From the NCBI GenBank assembly GCA_010093815.1, contig ML996584.1: 64,000 nt of DNA. One strand, written 5' to 3'. This DNA comes from Pseudovirgaria hyperparasitica (lineage: Eukaryota). Both the position numbers and the translations under genes were made by a program. The notes beneath the pieces were generated by a model that did no database searches, was not told the origin of the DNA, and saw only the letters and a list, made by a program, of their open reading frames with translations. The first letter of the stretch is position 1; each line of letters starts with the position of its first letter. This document shows, in pieces, positions 11,952 to 25,389 of the stretch.

Positions 11952-13163
11952 TTCGAGATGACCGGAAAAGTGGACCCTCTGTGTAGAAGAGAACAGTGAA
12001 GTTAAAGGTTGCGTTTATCGAAGTAGGCGGGGTGGTGCGTGCAGCGAAGCTGCGGTACATGGATGGTATTAGTGCTAATGCCATCACCCGCTTTGAGTGC
12101 TGATCTTCCGGACAAACATTGCGTGTCTATTGGGGCTCAGCTTGCACTATAGTGGGGATTCCAGCTGTATGTATCATTAGAGAGGAACCTGGGAGCCTTA
12201 TTTGTGTCCCGAGACGCTTCATGCCTCAGGCCGTAATAGAGTCCCAGCGGACGACGCTAGCCAATCCTCAACCTGGAGCACTGTTATGCGCCACTTTACT
12301 CTACTAGAGCATGCGCTCGTCTTTAATACTGGTCATGAATGCTCAGGTCCGTCAGCTTTAAAGCCACGCATCCTCAGACCAAAGCAATGCAGATCTAGAA
12401 GTACGCCACGGCGCAATTCCCACAGTCCAATCTAAGAATTGTACACTCTGCTTGATCGTCTTGAGCCCACCGTACCGTACCATCGCGGACCATGGGGGAG
12501 AAGTGTGCCGTCAAAGTTTGGAGAACGTTTCGAGTCTCTGAATAGAGAACAGGGCTGCAGAGCCTTGTCGACGAGCAAAGCCATCGTCTGAACGACTGTG
12601 CCGGTAGTGATTAGGCATTGTTACCGTCATGATAGACTAGACATCCCGTAATTGGGCGGTGAGGCGACATAAAGAGCTGGTGTCGCGTCGATTGAGGCTG
12701 TGGAGGACCATTTAAAGATGCACGGCGCGCAGTGGATCTTCTGGACCCCTGCTGAATCCCTGTCGTTGCTTGGCTAACAGTTGAGCGCGCTGCTACTCCA
12801 TGCGGGCGCGCACGCACGTACAACTGCACGACTCCAACTCTTACTTATCACCAAACTCTCCGCAGCCTTTCTCTTGACCATCTTACTCGCTAGCATTATT
12901 TTCGCTACCTTCTGCTAAGAACCATCCGAATTGCGACCATCGTTCTAACGTCTGCTAAGCATACACTTACGGGAATGGTTCGCAGCGCAGCGCTTCACTA
13001 ATCCTGAAACAGACCAGCTTGGTGGTTCATTTTATCTTACGTCTCCTTCAACGAGCCCCTGCTCCTTCACGGCCAAAAAACACGCTGCACGATCTGCACG
13101 CGGTGATTATCGCTAGGAAGTGCCCAAGATATAGATTGTCCGTAGCCTTCCTTACTCCTCATC

Positions 13164-16100
13164 ATGTCTTACAATCGCGTCGGTACGTGCCTCACTCTCT
13201 TTGTTTTCTCTCCCCGTATGACGGCACAGCCTCCAAGAAAACATTTCGCACACGAGACCCTTGTGCATTCTTGTGCATGGAGCTACACTCTAGCCGGCAA
13301 TAGCATCGAGCTATACACTCACTCCCTTTTGCGATCCCTTCATCCATTCATTTGTTTTGCTAACCATATCTTTCTCCCTAGGCTCTGCGGAGGACTATCA
13401 CCCAACAATGGATCCACGCCAACACGATGGCCGCTCGCCTTCTCCAGGTCGCCCCTTGCAAAGCTACCAGCTTGAAGACCGTCCTTATATGCCTCAAGAA
13501 CCTCCACTAGAGATCCCCATGGGTCCTGGGACGCCTGGGGATAGGTTACAGGTACAGCCAACAGTGAGTAGCATGGCGCAGCGACAAAGTGAGGTCGACA
13601 AATCTTAACAACATTTCTGTAGTATTCAGTCGAGAATGTCAGCAACACATACGGTCATAACGAGCAATATAATGACGACCACCACTACTCACCTCACCAA
13701 TACCGCCCGAATAACGACTACGCCCTCTCACCCGAAGAGCACCACGATGCTTATTACAATCAGTCTTACAATCCCGCGCCGCATGGGGGCGATCCTTATT
13801 GGCAGGACGATGATCACCGTCCTATGTTGCAACCAGACAACGCATACGGGCCTGATCCTCATTCAGGACTGAGTCCTCATGATCACCCAGAAAATCCATT
13901 TCAGGATGAGCCACGTCCTACACCAAGTCCGGCGCCGATCAAGAGATGGAAGACGGTCAAAGAGGTGCAACTGTTCAAGGGCAACCTTGTGCTCGACTGT
14001 CCGATTCCACCAAGACTGCTCAATCAAGTTGAACATGCGCAACCTCCCGAGCGTGACGAGTTTACTCACATGAGATACTCTGCTGCGACGTGTGACCCAG
14101 CCGACTTCTACAACGAACGTTTTACTTTACGCCAGAAACTGTTTGCCAAACCCCGCCACACCGAGCTATTCATCGTTATAACCATGTACAACGAAGAGGA
14201 CGAACTCTTCGCACGGACTATGATGGGTGTGATAAAGAACGTGGAGCATATGAATTCGCGCAATCAGAGTAAGACTTGGGGTAAAGATTCTTGGAAGAAG
14301 ATTGTGGTATGTGTCGTAAGCGACGGTCGTGCGAAGATAAACCCTCGCACTCGTGCTCTTTTGGCTGCTATGGGTGTATACCAAGACGGTATTGCCAAGG
14401 AGGCTGTGAACGGCAAGGCAGTGACAGCGCATATCTACGAATACACGACGCAGATGAACCTGGAGATCAAGAAGGGCATAGTTAACGTCAAGAAGGGGAA
14501 CACACCCGTGCAGATGCTATTCTGCTTGAAAGAGATAAACCAGAAGAAAATCAATTCGCATCGCTGGTTCTTCCAGGCATTTGGTAGTGTTCTGGACCCG
14601 AATATCTGTGTCCTGATCGATGCTGGTACCAAGCCAGGAAAGGACTCAATTTACCACCTCTGGAAGGCTTTCGATTTAGAGCCAATGTGCGCGGGCGCCT
14701 GCGGTGAGATCAAGGCTATGCTAGAGCACGGCAAAAAGCTACTCAATCCTCTTGTCGCGACACAGAATTTCGAATACAAGATGAGCAATATTCTTGACAA
14801 GCCTTTGGAGTCAGCTTTTGGGTTCATCTCCGTTCTTCCGGGAGCTTTCTCAGCATATCGCTATGTGGCTCTGCAAAATGACAAAAGTGGAAATGGCCCA
14901 CTCGAGAAGTATTTTGCGGGCGAGAAGATGCACGGTGCGAATGCTGGTGTATTCACAGCCAATATGTATCTGGCAGAAGATAGAATTCTGTGTTTTGAGC
15001 TGGTATCGAAGCGCAATTGCCACTGGATCCTACAGTATGTCAAATCGGCTACGGGTGAAACGGACGTCCCGACAGAGATGGCCGACTTCATCCTTCAGCG
15101 TCGACGATGGTTGAATGGTAGTTTCTTTGCTGCAGTATACGCTCTTGCCCATGCCCTTCAAATATTCAGGAGTGGCCACTCCTTCCTCAGGAAGATGATG
15201 TTCTTGGTAGAATTTTTCTATCAAACCGTTAGCATGATCTTTGCTTGGTTTGCAATTGTAAGAAAGCTCTTGATTTGCGAAAACTGCCTCATACTGATAT
15301 GCTTTAGGGTAATTTTTTCTTGGTATTCCACATCCTAACCAACTCTCTCGGTGACGATGCGTTTTTGGGCACTGCCGGCCGCATATTGGCTGTTATCTTT
15401 GAATGGACTTACATCGCTGTCCTCATAACTTGCTTCATACTGGCCCTCGGTAACAGACCTCAAGGGTCTAACAAGCTTTATATGAGCATGGTGTACTTCT
15501 GGGTCATCATCATGGCGTAAGTCGACGTTGTGCGCAACTCCTATAGGCTTTAATTACTGACACTGATAGCTATCTCATGTTCGCGTCGATCTTCATAACC
15601 GTAAGATCCATTCAAGAGGAAACCAAGGATGGCAGTTTCAAGTTCGGTGACATCTTCACGAACCCTTTATTCTACACTCTAATCGTCTCCCTTCTGTCGA
15701 CCTACGTCCTCTACCTGCTCGTATCCTTTATATTCTTCGACCCGTGGCATATGTTCACATCATTCTTCCAGTACCTGCTCCTGACGCCAACTTATATAAA
15801 CATCCTGAACGTCTACGCATTCTGTAACACCCACGATATCTCATGGGGTACTAAAGGCGATGATAAAGCGGAAAAACTACCGTCAGTCACGGTCAAGGCG
15901 GATGGTAAAGCAGATATCTCTGCACCTACAGATGATGCTGATCTCAACTCTCAATACGAGAAGGAATTAAGACAATTTGCAACAAAGTATGAGGCCCCCA
16001 AGAAGATCCCGACGCCCCAAGATAAGCAAGAGGATTACTACAAGGGTTTCCGTTCAGTTGTTGTTTTGTTGTGGATGTTCTGCAACTTAGCTCTCTGTGC

Positions 16101-16335
16101 TGTTGTCCTTCAAACAGGGGGCTTAGAGATTACTGTGTCAACCGGGGAAGACGCAGATGCAGCTCAACAGAGGAAGGCCACGCTCTATCTTGCCGTTATT
16201 CTTTGGAGTGTAGCAGGCCTCAGCGCCTTCAGATTCATCGGTGCCATGTGGTTTTTAATCGTTAGGATGGTAAGCTACACAATCGGAACACTCGGGAATT
16301 TTTCACTAACCTAGGATTAGTTCCGCGGTGTATAG
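13164..16335 (+). CDS. Chitin synthase, division I (class I-like)
   Basis: Exons 13164-13182, 13382-13563, 13623-15257, 15308-15516, 15570-16269 and 16321-16335. Motifs [40 protein letters not shown] and HDISWGTKG. The MSYNR start and VRMFRGV end resemble class I enzymes. Confidence 0.95.
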
Positions 16336-16923
16336 TTCATGATGTATGAGTCAATGCATTTGGAGGTGATATCGGTTTGTTCTTAGATACCAATGGTTTG
16401 CGTATCATTTCCTTAGTCTTTACGTTCCAGACAGCACGAAATGATATATCATCATGTTCCCAATGAATGTGTCAGTTTCCATCTTAGGCCGGACCCTTGC
16501 TTATCTCCTCGCAATTTCAAGTGAATTCGTGCGCGGGTAGTTGCTTAATCCGGTTGTTGACGTCGCGAACGCGTTTACCGAAGTAGGGCCTGACAGGAGT
16601 TCCGTTTCATTAAATTCAATTTCACCTTACGCTCACTAGGCCCTTACCTTCACATCTCCCTCAATAAATCTTCCTTTGAAAGTCCTTCAACTTCTGATGC
16701 ACCGCTTTAAAACTGTCATTACATCGCTGCAATTTTAGGTAAGAGCCTTTCTTCGTCCTCTCTCTGCTTTGGAGGGTCAAATCGCTCTCTTTGTGCAGAG
16801 TGCACATTAATCAGGGCTGACAGTGCCTTCCAGGCGCGCACTGGCAGATCTGAAATCAACCTGACCTTCTTCCTCGCCCTCGTCCGCCAATTTTCACTCT
16901 TGCAACACGTTCTTCCTTTCATT

Positions 16924-18760
16924 ATGTCCTGGCAACACGACACCGGTATGTTGCTCACTCTCCTCAGTGGCAGATGAATACCACTAATCCGACATGTAGG
17001 TGATTCCTGGACTGCTGATGTTGGCGCTGGAGGTGACACCTGGACTGCCGATGCCGGCGGTGGCGGCACTAATGGCTTCGACAGCGGCAATACCAATGGC
17101 TTCGAAAGTGTCAATAACAATGGCTTTAGCGTCGGTGGCACTGACGTGACTTGTCGCAAGTACGCTTCATAGCTCTCACGCTCATGTGGCCCGAAGCTAA
17201 CATAGAATTCCAGCTGCAACATGGAAGGCCACTTCAGTCGTGACTGTCCTGAACCAAAACAAATGACTGGAGAATGCTTCAACTGCGGTGAGGTCGGGTA
17301 AGTACGGGAAGCTCCACCCCCAAAGTAATTGTGCTAAACTCAAAACCTAGTCATACCAAGCAGGACTGTACTAATCCTAGGGTTGAACGTGAGTTCACTG
17401 GTACATGCAACACTTGTCAAGAGGTCGGTCACCGCGCCGGGGACTGTCCTACCAAGCCGAAGTTCTGCAAGAATTGCCACTCGGACCAGCACAAGACTGG
17501 TGATTGTACCGACAAGCGTAAGCTCGTATGGTATGATGTCCCTGATGTTGAGCCCGAGGTAGCTTGGCAGTTGATGATGAAAGCGGACAAAGAAAGAGAT
17601 CTTGATGACTTTAAAGGCGTATGTTCATTCAGATCTCTGAAACAGCAAAGCGCAAACCTAACATACAGTTCTAGGCACTCAAGGCCTACGGTATGAAGGT
17701 TGAAGATTTCAGCTTTGCTGACATCGAGATGGCCCTTCGCGATGCCGCTCAACACAAAGAGGGCGGTAACATATTCTTGATTGGCCTGGAGCGCGAGATC
17801 CCGAACACTTTCACTCTTGTTGACCTCAAGGGCAACACTGGAAAGAAATACTCTCTTGGCTTCTACTTCAGTGAAAAGCCACGTCGTCGAAACGCTGGAG
17901 AGGGCTGGCCAAAGACACCCGAAGACAACTTGGAACGTCTCAAGGATGCCGGTTTCCCGATGGATGCCCTGGTCATCAAGTGTGGTCGCTGTGCAGGTAT
18001 GCGATTTCTCATATCAATCACAGCCTTCCACTGACTATCGTCTACAGAGCTCGGACACATAGCCAAGAATTGCAAGGAAGAGAAAGCCTCGACCGCTGTT
18101 GAGATCAGCTGCGCCCTGTGCTCTGAAGTCGGTCACCGCGCCCGCGACTGCACCCAGCCGCGCGTTGACCCTAATCTTTGCAGGAACTGTAAGCAGCCTG
18201 GGCATAGATCGACCGACTGCACTGAGCCGCGATCTGCGGAGAACGTACAGTGCCGCAAGTGCGAAGAGTGTACGTACTCATCTTGCGCTTCGTTGAACAC
18301 TTATTAACGACACCAGATGGCCATTTCTCGAAGGACTGTCCAAACGCCCCTGCTCGCGACAATAATTGTAGGAACTGTGGTGAGGAGGGACATATGGCTA
18401 AAGAATGTGATAAACCGAAGAATCCCGACAACGTAACTTGCAGGAACTGCGATACAATGGGCCATTTCTCGCGTGACTGTCCTCTGCCTCGGGACTACTC
18501 CAAGGTACAGTGCTCCAACTGCCAAGAATGTAAGTGTCGATGGGACTTTTGACGAGTGTGTTCCTTACTAAATGTGGGCAGATGGTCACACCAAGGTTCG
18601 CTGTAAGAAGCCCGAAGCCGGCGGCAGCTTTGGTGGTGGGTATGACAATCTTGTTGAAGGAGCCAATGCGCCTACTGCTCCCATCACAGGTGAATGGAAC
18701 GATGGTGGTGCTACTGCTGACAACTTTGCGCCTGCTGGTATCGCTACCGGTGGGTGGTAG
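16924..18760 (+). CDS. Multi-CCHC zinc knuckle nucleic acid-binding protein (CnjB-like)
   Basis: Eight exons (introns 16946-16999, 17160-17213, 17298-17350, 17619-17674, 17997-18047, 18270-18316, 18530-18581) join into one frame. It has 11 CX2CX4HX4C knuckles (4+7) around a central domain. Confidence 0.88.
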
Positions 18761-20984
18761 ATTGGTTATTCCATCCCTGTATGACGCACATCACACCAAA
18801 GCATAGCTATCGGCAGTCAAATTGGCCACATGTGGACAAGATGTGGTGGACAGATAGATATATGGAGTTTCGGGTATCACAGGCAAAACACAAGCTTCAC
18901 AGGATCACAAAGGCAAGGCTTTGGGGTCAGAAACTGGATGCAAAAAAGAACTGCGAAAGCGCAATGTAATCAATGCTAGAGCTAGTTTCAGTAAGCCTAG
19001 ATATTGAAGCATAAGAATGAAGGTCTCAAACTATGATGATGGTCTCGAAGCGATTCTGTTCACCACAACTGTCACCTCCCATATCTCTTGGCAGAAAAGG
19101 CCCCGAGTGCGTTCCTCCGGAAGTCAATCAGTGATCCATTCCTATCGTTTCAACTGAAGAAGAACTTGCTATCGTGTCCAACACTCAACGTCCGTCATTA
19201 ATATAAAGACTGAAGTCTGCTCAGTAAGTAATCCATGCTTCCAGCTTTGCTGGACAATAGCTTCTTAGTGCATGGAGACAAGTCGATCGACATAACAGGT
19301 TGCCTCGAGAAAATTTCACTATCCAAGCATGTCAGTAAGTAAAGATTACCTTGTCATTTGACGTTATAGTTCGTGGTACTTATGGTTTTCTGGTAATGAT
19401 AAGCCCATATGTCTCTAGGCTTAGTAAAACTTAAAGAGTCCGGGTTCCACTTTGCACTGCAACTTGGTTCTGATCAGAACTGTGAGGCAAAGCGAACCTT
19501 GAGTGGTCGTATGATTAATATATGCGCCAAAACTAGAGATCGTAACATATCGAAAGGCTTTCTTGTTCATTTTTTACATTGAGTCACCCAGAAGAGTCAA
19601 GGGCGCGTATTAATCTTGATCGCACGACCTGCTCATGAATTTGAACGTTCGGACATTGGGGCTAGTAGAGGCCTAGGTGGGGCGGAATTGCCTTTTTGGG
19701 AAAGCCGTGACTCGAGTTTGGACAAACCGTACTTCGTATCTTACACATTGTGTCAGGTTGCTGTAGGCTGCTGTATGCGAGTAAATCCAAGTTTCTGATC
19801 AGTGGATTGAGAGCTTTCGCATGTCAGATTCGTTCCACCCACAATGAAGCAGAATTCCTAATTTGGCTGTGCGAGGTGAGGCTTGAATCCTTAGTAGCAC
19901 TTTTCCTTCCCGATAGCTGTGTTCGAGTTCTAGCGATCGTAAGTAGGATTTCTGTTCAAGTCTCTGGGCACAGAGGATGTGTATAAATCTTGTAATCTTG
20001 TCTAGGACCGAAGCCCACGATACCCCTGCTACGATATAGTCCGTGCTCGTCGACTACGAGGCTGAATCCCACGTTCTGCGGTGGCCCTATGTCTTCTTTA
20101 CACAACATACGATACGTGCAGCAGTCAGTGTAAGGAGTGCGTCGTCTCTTGTCTTATGATGGAAGAACAACGGAACATCGTACGGCTAGACACCGGGTAT
20201 TTCCACATCCCCATGGGTTCTAATTGCATTGCCGGGGAAATAATGGAGAGGGTCAACTGCCTCCCCACAGCGACCAGCAAGGAAGCCCACGACTCGAACC
20301 GGACAGGCTGCGGCTCGCAGAGTAGTTCGGCCTTGGTGGTATAACAACATCTCAGCGCAATGAAGAGATATATCGCATCGAGTCAAGACTCATGGCGTTG
20401 AGTGCGCCATTCTGGTTCTTCTCATGGGCATGTTGATCTGTTCTTCGTGCTTTCCATGCTTGAGTGCCAAGCTCTCAGCTGCCGACTTTCTGCTGCCTTG
20501 AAGAGGTTAGAAGCTGGCTAATAGAGGCTTATAGGAAACAAATTAGAAGCGCTCGAGGGGCCAAAGTGCGCCAGGAGGCTGGGAAATAGGGCCGGATTAC
20601 CGAATGAGGAAATGCGAGTAAGCAAAAGTCCTGCGTCATTGGCAGGTCGGCCGATTTCGAGAGAGATCGGCGGGACTCCACTCTCTCCACGCATTAAACA
20701 TCTGCTTTTCCTCCACTTAATACCGTGAAATTCGAGATGACCAATGAGAAACCGTTGGAGAAGTTCCCGGCGCTGGCCGTTGCACCAATTCATGTTCGAC
20801 TACCGTTAGTTTGTTATAAAGTCTTCTCGGCTGCCTGTCTAATCTTGACAATATAACACGAACTTTGTACTTTGTGTCGTCGGGATACGTGTTTCCCTGG
20901 GCGAGATATTCGAATTTGTGCGCGCCTGACCACCGATAACACCACTATCGAGTCCACCTCGAGTGCAGACACAAGACCCACAGC

Positions 20985-22750
20985 ATGGGCTTGTTTCCCA
21001 AGTACCTCGGCCTTCGTGGTAACCGACTCAATGTGGCCATTGGTGTCATTGCCGGTTTGGACTTTTTGTGAGTGTGATCTTCGAACACGAAAGTATCTCA
21101 AGTTCTATACTGACGCTAGACAGCCTCTTTGGATATGATCAGGGTGTAACGGGTGGCTTACTTACACTGGGGTCCTTCCTACGCCAATTCCCCGAGCTCA
21201 ACGTAAACGCTGTTCCAGAAGGCCCTGAGCGTGATCATGCTACGAACATCCAAGGTATCTCGGTCGCGTCCTACAACGTCGGTTGCCTCTTCGGTGCTAT
21301 CGCGTGTATCTGGATTGGAGATATGCTTGGTCGCCGAAAGACCATCTTCCTCGGTTCCACAATCATGGTCATCGGTGCTGCATTACAATGCTCTGCATTC
21401 GCACTGCCACATTTGATTATTGGCCGCATCATTACAGGTCTTGGGAATGGTCTAAACACATCCACCGTCCCAACTTGGCAATCTGAGACGTCCAAGAGCC
21501 ACAAACGAGGGCAGATGGTGATGATCGAAGGCGCTCTCATTACAGGAGGTATCTGCTTGAGTTACTGGATAGACTACGGCTTCTCTTACCTCGAGCCTAG
21601 TTCAATCTCGTGGCGATTTCCGCTTGGGTTCCAGATCGTTTTTGCTCTCTTAATCCTCGTCTTCATTCTCGAGCTTCCTGAATCTCCTCGATGGCTGATT
21701 CTGAAGGGTCACGAAGAGGAAGCTCAAAATGTGCTGGCAGCCCTTAGCGATCTTCCAGCTGACGACCCGTACATCCAGACTGAGTTCGTTGCGATCAAGG
21801 ATACTGTCCTTGAGATGGCTAGCGCTGGTTTCAAGGATGTGTTTACCATGGACCGCGATCGCCATTTCCATCGCGCGGCTTTGGGCTACGTTAACCAGAT
21901 GTTCCAGCAAATATCAGGAATAAATCTAATATCTTACTTCGCTAGTTACATTTACGAAAATCAGATTGGGCTTTCGCCATCACTCGCTCGTTTGTTGGCT
22001 GCTTGCAATGGCACTGAATACTTTGCGGCGTCCTGGATCCCAGTCTTCACGGTGGAGAAGTTTGGCCGTCGACAGCTCATGCTGTTCGGTTCCGTTGGCA
22101 TGGCTGGCACTATGGCGATCCTTGCTGGAACTGCGAGTCTGCCAGGGAGTGGTCCAGGTATTGTGACTGTCGTTCTTGTAAGTTTTCATAAAATGGATCT
22201 ATGTGGGAATCATTCTAATCCCCCTCCAGCTATTCGTCTTCAATACCTTCTTCGCCATCGGCTGGCTTGGGATGACATGGCTGTACCCTGCCGAAATCGT
22301 GCCTCTTCGCATCAGAGCCCCCTCAAATGCATTAAGTACTTCAGCGAACTGGGCCTTCAACTTCATGGTTGTCATGATAACACCGATCTCCTTCAACTCC
22401 ATAGGCTACCAGACCTATATTATCTTTGCTGCCATGTAAGTCCCTACTAATTCTCCTTCCAGTAAAGGCGGACTAACACATTCTCTAGAAATGCTGCTAT
22501 TATCCCTTGTGTCTACTTCTTCTATCCCGAAACCATGGGCCGCTCCCTCGAAGAAATGGACGCCATCTTCCACAAGTCTAAATCTGTCTTTGACGTTGTT
22601 GCCATTGCACGCAATGAACCGCGCCGCTATGGTAAGAAAGGCGAGTTGCTTATCAACTACGAGGAGACAGAGGAGTTCCAGGCACAACAGCGCAGGCGCA
22701 GTAGTGTTATTGGTGGTAGCGGTGCGGATCGTGAGAAGCAGCACGTGTAA
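20985..22750 (+). CDS. MFS sugar porter (STL1-like sugar/polyol:H+ symporter)
   Basis: Exons 20985-21067, 21124-22177, 22230-22435 and 22489-22750. Motifs LFGYDQG, GDMLGRR, LPESPRWL, QQISGIN, EKFGRR, WLYPAEI and YPETMGRSLEEMD. Confidence 0.93.
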
Positions 22751-24309
22751 CAGAAGGAGGGGTCTGATAATTCTGTATGAAGATGCAATGACCAGGCGTT
22801 TTTGAATGGGCTGTCATGTTCTGCGTTGCCGGCTTGAGCCCTCTTGCGATGTTTTGAAGTTCAGGGCGCACTATGTTTTGTTGATAGTAGCTACGAGATG
22901 TAGCATGCCGAATATACCCCAGATTTACCTTTTCGATTACGTCTAAATAAGTTTCATATATCTCGTTTCGATGGCGTAGAGATCGTCAATTCATACACTA
23001 TGTGTTGAGTGCCTATATTGTATTGTTAGAATCGGTATCTCCTTTTCACTAACAGAAGCAGTGCAGCCACGAAAGTGACGGTACAGATAATCTGGTCCTT
23101 CAGTATAAGCGGACGGAGCTTCAAGCTAGAGTCTCGTGTTTCTCATCTGTCCTTCTTTCCTACCCTTAATCCCAAGATTCTCACAGTATCAGCTTGAAGT
23201 GAACTTCCCCTTCAATGGTTTTTCGACTGATGGAATGAGCTTAGGTGCAACATACGCTCTTTTTACAGTAGTCCCCAGTCTCCTACGGTACACAGTTCGT
23301 ACGAGATTTGCTAATCGACTAAGTCTCAATTCCAATTTTTAATAACTTGTTACGTGGATTCCGGGTTGGACGTTCAGGGACCAACAATTCTACCAATTGG
23401 TCTTAGTAATAGAAAAACTTAACTGATTAACGACCACTAGCTTCGTCGATCATATATACCTAATACCACTACAGAGACGTCGTCCCTGCCATTTCCAAAC
23501 GATGTATTAGCAGGCCTGAGTCTCCATAGGCGATAAGCCGATGTATAGCTAGCTTATTGCCGTCCCATATGGAGGGTATCTCCTTCTAAAACCTCTAATA
23601 TCATTGGAAATGACCATCGAAGAACGAAGAAGGCTCCCATAAATACATAGCCAGGAGCAATATTAGAGGGTTCCCTATACGGCGGTTGTAGTCGATAGCA
23701 ATGGGACCCTCAGACACTAATGCACAGTCATGGGTTTGATTTCTGATCGCTGCAGAAAGCTTGCGACAGTCCTCCCGTGGCTCGCGTCTGCGTCTAAATG
23801 GGAGGCCTCTATGCTATGTCAAATGGATCTATATCATGACATGTCTAAGTAAGTATCACTTCAAGTGGCCGAGGAGCAAAGAAGAAATTTTAATTAATAC
23901 CACCTAGCTAAAGAAGAAGGAATGTACACTATCATTGGAAGTCGGATGCAGGTGGGGCCCGGATAGGAATCCATGGAATTAAGAAGGCACCGGCTGTCTA
24001 GCGCCTAGAACTCATCCTATATTCCAGTACTGTTGATTGGGGTGGTTGCAAGGAGTGAATAAATACCCTCTGCCAAAAATTCCTTCATCCTTGGAAATTT
24101 CTTTTCACACAACCAGGATATATTTTTCTTTGCCATTGCCTTTACGATCTCTTTTTCTATGCCCCCTATCTTGGTTAAAGCTCATCAATACATTGTGCTG
24201 GATTCTGTTTCATGAGCTGAGCGTTTCTCCATTCGTTTTCTCAACACAACCGAAACAAAGCTTTTCCTCGCGCGCGCTGTGAAACGCGTTTCCTGACAGA
24301 CGAGAAAGC

Positions 24310-25131
24310 ATGCCCAGCGAGCTGAGGGAGAAGTCGGGTCTGCATTTCTTGCAGCTGCCGGCCGAGATCCGTAACAATATTTACGAACATGCACTCGTGT
24401 CTTCCGAGCCTGTTCGTGGCGACGTGAAGCCACACCGAAACAATCTCGCACTCAAGATTCTCCGTCTGAACTGCCAGATCTGGTGTGAAGCAAATGTCAT
24501 GCTGTACGCCCGGAACGTCATCGATATCTCGCATATAACCAGCTGTGTCGAGTTTGGGAACCTGTTGACAGGCATGGGCGCTTTTAATGTCTGTCTCCTC
24601 CGCCATATCAGGATCCCGTTTCCAAGGATCCACCACTATTCTCGTGCCGCTTTCCAGGATGATTATCGCTGTGCGCTCTCCGGAAGTCCGTTCATCCACT
24701 TCGACCTCTCCATTCTTGCCAATCTGGAGACAATCACATTCGCTATCGAGTCGTCAACCCTTGCGAATAACGAAGTCGACACATACGATCTCGTCGAGGT
24801 CATGCGTCCTGAGATCATCGAGATGAATGAATCATTCCGGAGATCTCCTCGCCTCAGGGAAATCGTCATGGAAACCCACCCTGATCATGTGAGCGAGGAG
24901 TGGCGGCAGGTCTTGGAAGGTTGCGGATGGGTGATTAAGGAGGTCTTGTTTCCATTCGAAGATTCTCACTCTGAGCTGTCTTCAGACGACTCTTGTACTG
25001 ATGGGGAATCGTCTGATGAGGGTGATTCCGCCGACGAAAACGATCTCCAGCATGCTAGGTACGAAGACGACAGCGATCCCCAGCATGCCAGGAACGACGA
25101 TAACGACTGGGTACCTTACGACGCCCTATGA
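24310..25131 (+). CDS. Hypothetical protein with N-terminal F-box-like FLxLPAEIRNxIY motif and acidic tail
   Basis: Intronless 273 aa ORF. FLQLPAEIRNNIYEHAL and ILRLNCQIWCEANVMLYARN are typical of expanded fungal F-box-like families. Confidence 0.75.
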   Translation: MPSELREKSGLHFLQLPAEIRNNIYEHALVSSEPVRGDVKPHRNNLALKILRLNCQIWCEANVMLYARNVIDISHITSCVEFGNLLTGMGAFNVCLLRHIRIPFPRIHHYSRAAFQDDYRCALSGSPFIHFDLSILANLETITFAIESSTLANNEVDTYDLVEVMRPEIIEMNESFRRSPRLREIVMETHPDHVSEEWRQVLEGCGWVIKEVLFPFEDSHSELSSDDSCTDGESSDEGDSADENDLQHARYEDDSDPQHARNDDNDWVPYDAL

Positions 25132-25389
25132 AAACACTCCCTGTCATGCGAGAACTGCATTACACGTTATAGACAAATCCTGTTTAGTCGTGTTTAATTC
25201 ATGTAATCGCTGATAGCTACGGCAACCTCGCAGATGCTCATGGACACACCCCTGAGGCCATAGTTGTACACCGCCAAACACTCCCACACTGGCGTCCTCT
25301 CAGATCCTGGTTTTCTCGGTACCCATATGACGGAAACAAGACTTCTACAAGCAGGAACTAAATGAATAGAGCAAACCTCTTTCACGATC

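Noticed and set aside
23347..23480. TGTTACG start plus AT-rich stretch, resembling an LTR edge or RIP relic
   Set aside because: No matching inverted end, second copy or target-site duplication found.
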